DNA of 59,076 nt, counting the filler, from Bipalium vagum (Eukaryota), in assembly GCA_037834085.1 (NCBI GenBank). It is 3 parts of 3 records of this genome, joined end to end, with 100 filler letters (N's around TTAATTAATTAA, not from the genome) between each part and the next. Parts side by side here need not be neighbours in the genome. Positions count along the whole stretch, not along the records: positions 38,053 to 59,076 come from JBBMKC010242831.1; 2 more parts are not named here. One strand, written 5' to 3'. Made by a program: the position numbers and the translations under genes. The notes beneath the pieces were generated by a model. It was not told the origin of the DNA. It ran no database searches and saw only the letters and a program-made list of their open reading frames with translations. Of this stretch, positions 55,101 to 59,076 are shown in pieces (position 1 is the first letter of the stretch; every line of letters begins with the position of its first letter).

Positions 55101-57674
55101 GCTTCATCGAAGGACTTCATTTTTAAATTGTATAGTTATATTTTCATAATGATGTTACAAAGTCTCTGGAAAATTATGAAAAATATACATATAATTTTAT
55201 AACACATTTTACATGATAAAAATAGTTTAGTATTATTTATACAATTTATTTTATCAAAAAAAATGATAAATAAAAATAAGTTATATTTTTATATTTTATT
55301 TCTATTTTTATTTTTATATTTCTATTAACCAAAAAGAATAATAAATTGCTTGAGGTTATCCCGAATTATACATTTTATTAGTTTATTTTATCTTTAATTT
55401 ATAAATCAAAAGTATGAAATTTACTACTTAATTTAATTAATAATTAAAATGGGCTAAACTAAACTTAAAATATATTGTACAAAAAGAATTATATTATATT
55501 ATATTATATTATTTAATATAGAAATTAAAATAAATAATATTATTTAAGACAAATTTTGTTTACCAAAAATGTCTCAAAAATGTATACACACTTTACATAT
55601 AAATCATTAAGTAATTATAAATATTTTATAGTTTGTTTAAATACTCTAATAATAAATTACCGATATTTTAAACCTATAAATTTATTCTTAAAGGTTGAAT
55701 CATGAAAAGTAGGTTGAACTTTGAGCAGCGAAATTTTATTTTCAAAAATTACTTCAAGTTTGAAAGCATAAAGAGGAAAAAACCTTGTTCAAGAAAGAAT
55801 TTCAGACAGATCCTCCATCAAGACTGACAATCAGTCGATTAAAGGATAAATTCGAAAAAGATGAACTATTAATAATGTCAACAAGAACCGTTTTTGAAGA
55901 CTGAGAATATCGTAAAAAACAACAAAGGAAGAAAGAATACTGGATTTGTTTAATCGAGGCCCACAAACATCTGTGAAACAAACAAGTCTTGAACTAGGAA
56001 TCTCAAAAGATTCTGTTTGTAAATTTTATTCAATTTTGAAATAAAATGCATTTCATTAAACTTCTGATTTTTAATTATTTTATGTGTATTTTTTGAGACA
56101 CCCTGTCTTATATCATAATTATCATTCAACAGTGACTCTTTCAATAAAAAGTGTACTAATATTTTAATTATTTCCAATAATAAACTAATAAATTAATTTA
56201 AAGATTAAACATCAGATTTAAATAAAAATAATAAATCTTAAAAAATAATATTAAAATTAAAAGAAAAATGACAAATGAAATGCGATTTTCAGAAATGTTT
56301 TCAAGTGCCTCAGAAATTTTATGAAATTTTTAATGTAAAAATAATACGTTATTATTATTGTTGTTGTTGTTATTGTTATCACTAAAAGTATTATTGGCCT
56401 CAGAGAGAACGAGACATCCATGGTCTATTTGGATGCCTAATAATGCAGAAAATTGTATTAATGAAAAAATTTTTTTTGGTACGTATATAACTTTGGTGCT
56501 TTTAGTACCTTTTTGGGATTAAAATATTGAAAAATTCCCACATCTTCCGCTGAACAATGCATATGTGAACGTATCGTATTTCATAGGAAATTACAGACCT
56601 AATTTGTGTTTTCCCGTATTTATTAACGTATCCCATTGATGTAGACAAACCTAAATGTAAATTTTCGTTTGATCACAGAAATTGCAAAAGCAACAGTTCA
56701 TCATTTTTGCTTAGTGAATTCGCCTTTCAATATTGCATTTTCACAGACATGGTTTAATCATGAGAGTTGATTGGTAATTAAATAATAATTTTTCAATTTA
56801 TTTCATAAAGTTTAAATCAATAAAATAAATTTCATTCCATTCAACAAAACAAGAAAATAATACATCTCAATGAAATAAATATTTTTCAACTTTTTTTTAA
56901 AATTAAATTTTTAACAGATTTTATTTATTTATTTTTCTGAAATATTTTTTTTAAAAATAACTTTTAGGGAAAAAACTTTTTTTCCAGTTTCAGAAAATAA
57001 TTGCTCTGAAATTTATTTTTTTAATTTTTTTTATATATAAGAAATATAGATAAATATTAATGTATGATTTTATGGAATAATAATCAATAAATTGTTTAAA
57101 ATGAGATATGGTGAAATATTTTTTATTTATTTTTTATCAAGGTTTTCACAAACTGTTTTCTGGATAAATTTACCAATTCTCGCAAAAAAAAGCTACATTT
57201 TAATAAGAAAAATGAATTTTAAAATTTATTAAAAAAAAGATTATGTACTGAAATTTTTGAAACATGAGCCCATTTCATTGAATGCTTTTTCATACGTATT
57301 TCTTTACGAAATATTCGGGAAATGAAGAAACTATTTAATTTTATTTTATTTGTTATTTTATTTAATTAATAATAAAAAGCCATAATAATAAATATTTTAT
57401 TTTATTTTATTTTATTTTATTTTATTTTTAATATTTTATTTAATTAATTATAAAAGCCGAAGTAATAAATTTTTCCCATTTATTATTTATTATTAAATTT
57501 TAATGAATTTATTATTTCATTTAATTAATAATAAATATATTTCCTACATTAACCCATTGACATAAACTAACTCATTTCTAAATGAAGATTTATTTTATAA
57601 ATATCTCTGATAAAATATTTTCGAAAATTATATTTCCAATAATAATATAATAACAAATAGAATTTATCTACATT

Positions 57675-57737
<63 letters not shown>

Positions 57738-58924
57738 CGAATAATATAGTTGGAATCATTTATTAAATGATAATAAATTATATTTCGTGTAATTTTAGAC
57801 ACGAGAAATAATAAATTATAAATTATGGAAATTTTCATGAATTACAATATTCATCTTAAAAATTATTAAATTTAATATTAAAATGAGTCTAAAATGGGAA
57901 AGCAAATCTCATCATGAAATTTAGAAATGGCTTCAATTTCATTAAATTGGAAAATTGTTTTATTGTGTACGATCCTTTTAAGTTCACTCATGATTAATAA
58001 TGATCCTATTATATTATATTATATTATGCATTTCAATAATTTTTACTTAATTTTACATTTACCGTACATAGACAATCAGGCAATATTTTATAACCAATAT
58101 TTTCCATATTTTATATTTTTAACATTTTTATTAATTTTAATAAGTTTATTATTTTTAATATTTTTAATTATTTTTATTATTTTTAATAATTTTTAAAATA
58201 TTTATAATTATGCAGATATTAATATATCAGATTTTTTCCACTGCGTAATAAAAAAAATAGTGAGCAGATGGTTTTTATCTGCTCATTCAAAATACCAAAA
58301 AAAAAGAAAAAAATTGTTAAGACACTGTCCATTTTTAATGAGGTCCAGATATTGATCTCTTGTCGTCTGACATAGATATATTCTAACAGTTATTGTCAAG
58401 GAAGTTTCTTGTGAGCAAATATATGTTATCCTCTCGAAAATTAATTCTATAAAAGCACTTGGATTATGTATTTTTCATCGGATTATCAATCTTATTTCTG
58501 ATGATGAAATAAAACATATTAAAAATCTTTTGGATGCTGAATTTTTCTAATTATCAATGTGCTAATTATAATGAGAGAAGAAGAGAAATGTTTTATGGAA
58601 ATATATTTAATTGATAATGAATTTCTTCTTGTTTTTCCAAAGTTGCATTTTTCACCATGGCCAATCGACAATTATTGTATTTCATTAAAACAAACAATGT
58701 TGATGATGTATAACGTTGAACCATTTATCTCTGTCACATCTTCAGGTAGTCCGACGATCAGAATTAACAGTAGCAACAAAAACAATATCCAAGATCAATT
58801 GAAAAGTCCTCAGTTCGAAATGGATTATCAATGTCAGCCCAATTATTACCACTGGATTCCCATTAATAACAGAGAACAAATAAAATCGTCTTTCGTCAGA
58901 TATGGACAGGATATTGACGACAGG
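39613..58924 (+). CDS. Kirre/Neph/IrreC/SYG-1-like Ig-superfamily type I membrane protein (5' and 3' ends missing)
   Basis: Frame-compatible GT-AG exons: 39613-39746 (STLRAKVNQLLNGKSIQCSAMN, C2-type Ig end), 40191-40308 (APTVTMEV...ITISCTATGRPDKFTW), 40758-40903 (WFVNENEV...ATVKCVATN), 44700-44957 (YGPQFL...TLSCEFESNP...W...DIGMYTCTA), 45021-45174 (KPFIS...GKSVQIKCVINSIPEP...W), 45462-45610 (SVLSINNVDLNDLGQYNCTA) and 53038-53157 (TM LIFIIGGTVFLTMVMLTVIIVICVC-KK). Probable cytoplasmic exons are 56404-56478 and 58746-58924. The last Ig domain leads straight into the TM with no FnIII, which favours Neph/Kirre over nephrin. Confidence 0.88.
40342..40415. repeat. (ATT)n microsatellite in an intron
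   Basis: Direct run of att units. Confidence 0.97.
41660..42970 (-). mobile_element. Decayed Tc1-family element in an intron
   Basis: ORF 41756-42316 has VLWPDESKFNEFWSDG, TFKHGGGSAMIW, HNRDPKHT and WVGQSPNMNPIK. A short inverted match attcgtacgat/atcgtacgaat at about 41673 and 42946 suggests TIR remnants. Ends are approximate. Confidence 0.9.
45631..46030. repeat. Tandem repeat, unit about 150 nt, about 2.7 copies
   Basis: Units start aaatgtct(c/g)(t/c)gtcca at 45631, 45781 and 45930, and the first two share ...tgatgattttgg...ataattatcaataaat...attctcaatcctta. Confidence 0.9.
46140..46188. repeat. (AAT)n microsatellite
   Basis: Direct run of aat units. Confidence 0.95.
49566..50500 (+). 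mobile_element. Decayed mariner element, 3'-truncated
   Basis: MDADKKHIRHCLLYAFDHGSSA, FNRFRNGNISLE, IWIPYNL, TIDSNCYCKQLSRL and LVNRKGVILVHNNLRQHTSKVTQQ in order, with many stops. Confidence 0.85.
50853..52078 (+). mobile_element. Near-full-length mariner element (1226 nt), non-functional
   Basis: TA target-site duplications and matching TIRs tatcaggtaacgaactaagttttcgttttt / aaaaacgaaaaaacttagttcgtcacctgata. Transposase motifs LVPYQLT, IVTCDES, FQKDNARPH and HPPYSPDIA are split by stops and frameshifts. Confidence 0.95.
52097..52384. mobile_element. pogo/Tigger-type MITE, about 290 nt
   Basis: TA-flanked imperfect TIRs cagaaaaacctctttatact and agtatatagagtttttactg, with no ORF. Confidence 0.6.
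54051..54535 (+). mobile_element. Internally deleted mariner derivative
   Basis: TA + ttaggttgtcataaaatttcggcaacagttaa and ttaactgttgcagaactttggagtcaacctaa + TA. The interior retains HLPYLS-YSPDVTASDYGRR-like residues. A further orphan TIR lies at about 53945. Confidence 0.8.
55561..56104 (+). mobile_element. Internally deleted Tc1/mariner-superfamily element with a DUF4817-like HTH
   Basis: MKSRLNFEQRNFIFKNYFKFESIK...KEFQTDPPSRLTISRLKDKFEK. Inverted ends tgtctcaaaaatgtatacac and gtgtattttttgagacaccctg. Confidence 0.75.
57676..57735. repeat. (AAT)n microsatellite
   Basis: Direct run of aat units. Confidence 0.97.
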
Positions 58925-59016
58925 GTAGGAAATAGATTTTTTATATAAATTTTATGCTCAGTGAAATTAATGTAATAAAATTCATCCAGTATTCTTCAAT
59001 ATATAAAATTGATTTT

Positions 59017-59017
59017 A

Positions 59018-59076
<59 letters not shown>
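59017..59076. repeat. (ATT)n microsatellite at the window end
   Basis: Direct run of att units. Confidence 0.97.

Noticed and set aside
58261-58285. Hairpin tgagcagat-N7-atctgctca
   Set aside because: An isolated 9-bp stem with no Helitron CTRR end or other context; compatible with chance.

Overview
AT-rich eukaryotic DNA (roughly three-quarters A+T by eye) from an invertebrate animal, with spliced genes. Many introns are only 42-63 nt; others are kilobases long and filled with decayed Tc1/mariner and pogo transposons. The window is at least three contigs joined by artificial 100-nt linkers (N44-TTAATTAATTAA-N44 at 19163-19262 and 37953-38052), so adjacency across those points is unproven. 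Contig 1 (1-19162) holds a cluster of ankyrin-repeat genes. It includes a minus-strand gene A (N-terminal ankyrin exons at 6920-9414, C-terminal divergent ankyrin-like exons at 3370-4417), a broken paralog B of A's C-terminal half (17153-18168), plus-strand ankyrin exons (12125-12660), an ankyrin + C3HC4 RING gene end (14594-15766) and a small acidic orphan gene (9677-10048). Contig 2 holds three internal exons of a TRPC-family channel (30463-34895). Contig 3 holds most of a Kirre/Neph/SYG-1-type Ig adhesion receptor (39613-58924), with a candidate 21-nt microexon and alternative cytoplasmic exons. Most ORFs in the supplied track are transposase debris, single exons running into introns, or low-complexity artefacts. 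I see no RNA genes, CRISPR arrays or prokaryotic-type systems. The best candidate for something undescribed is the modular, one-exon-per-repeat ankyrin/RING gene cluster. All splicing was inferred by hand from GT-AG sites and reading-frame continuity, with no database searches.
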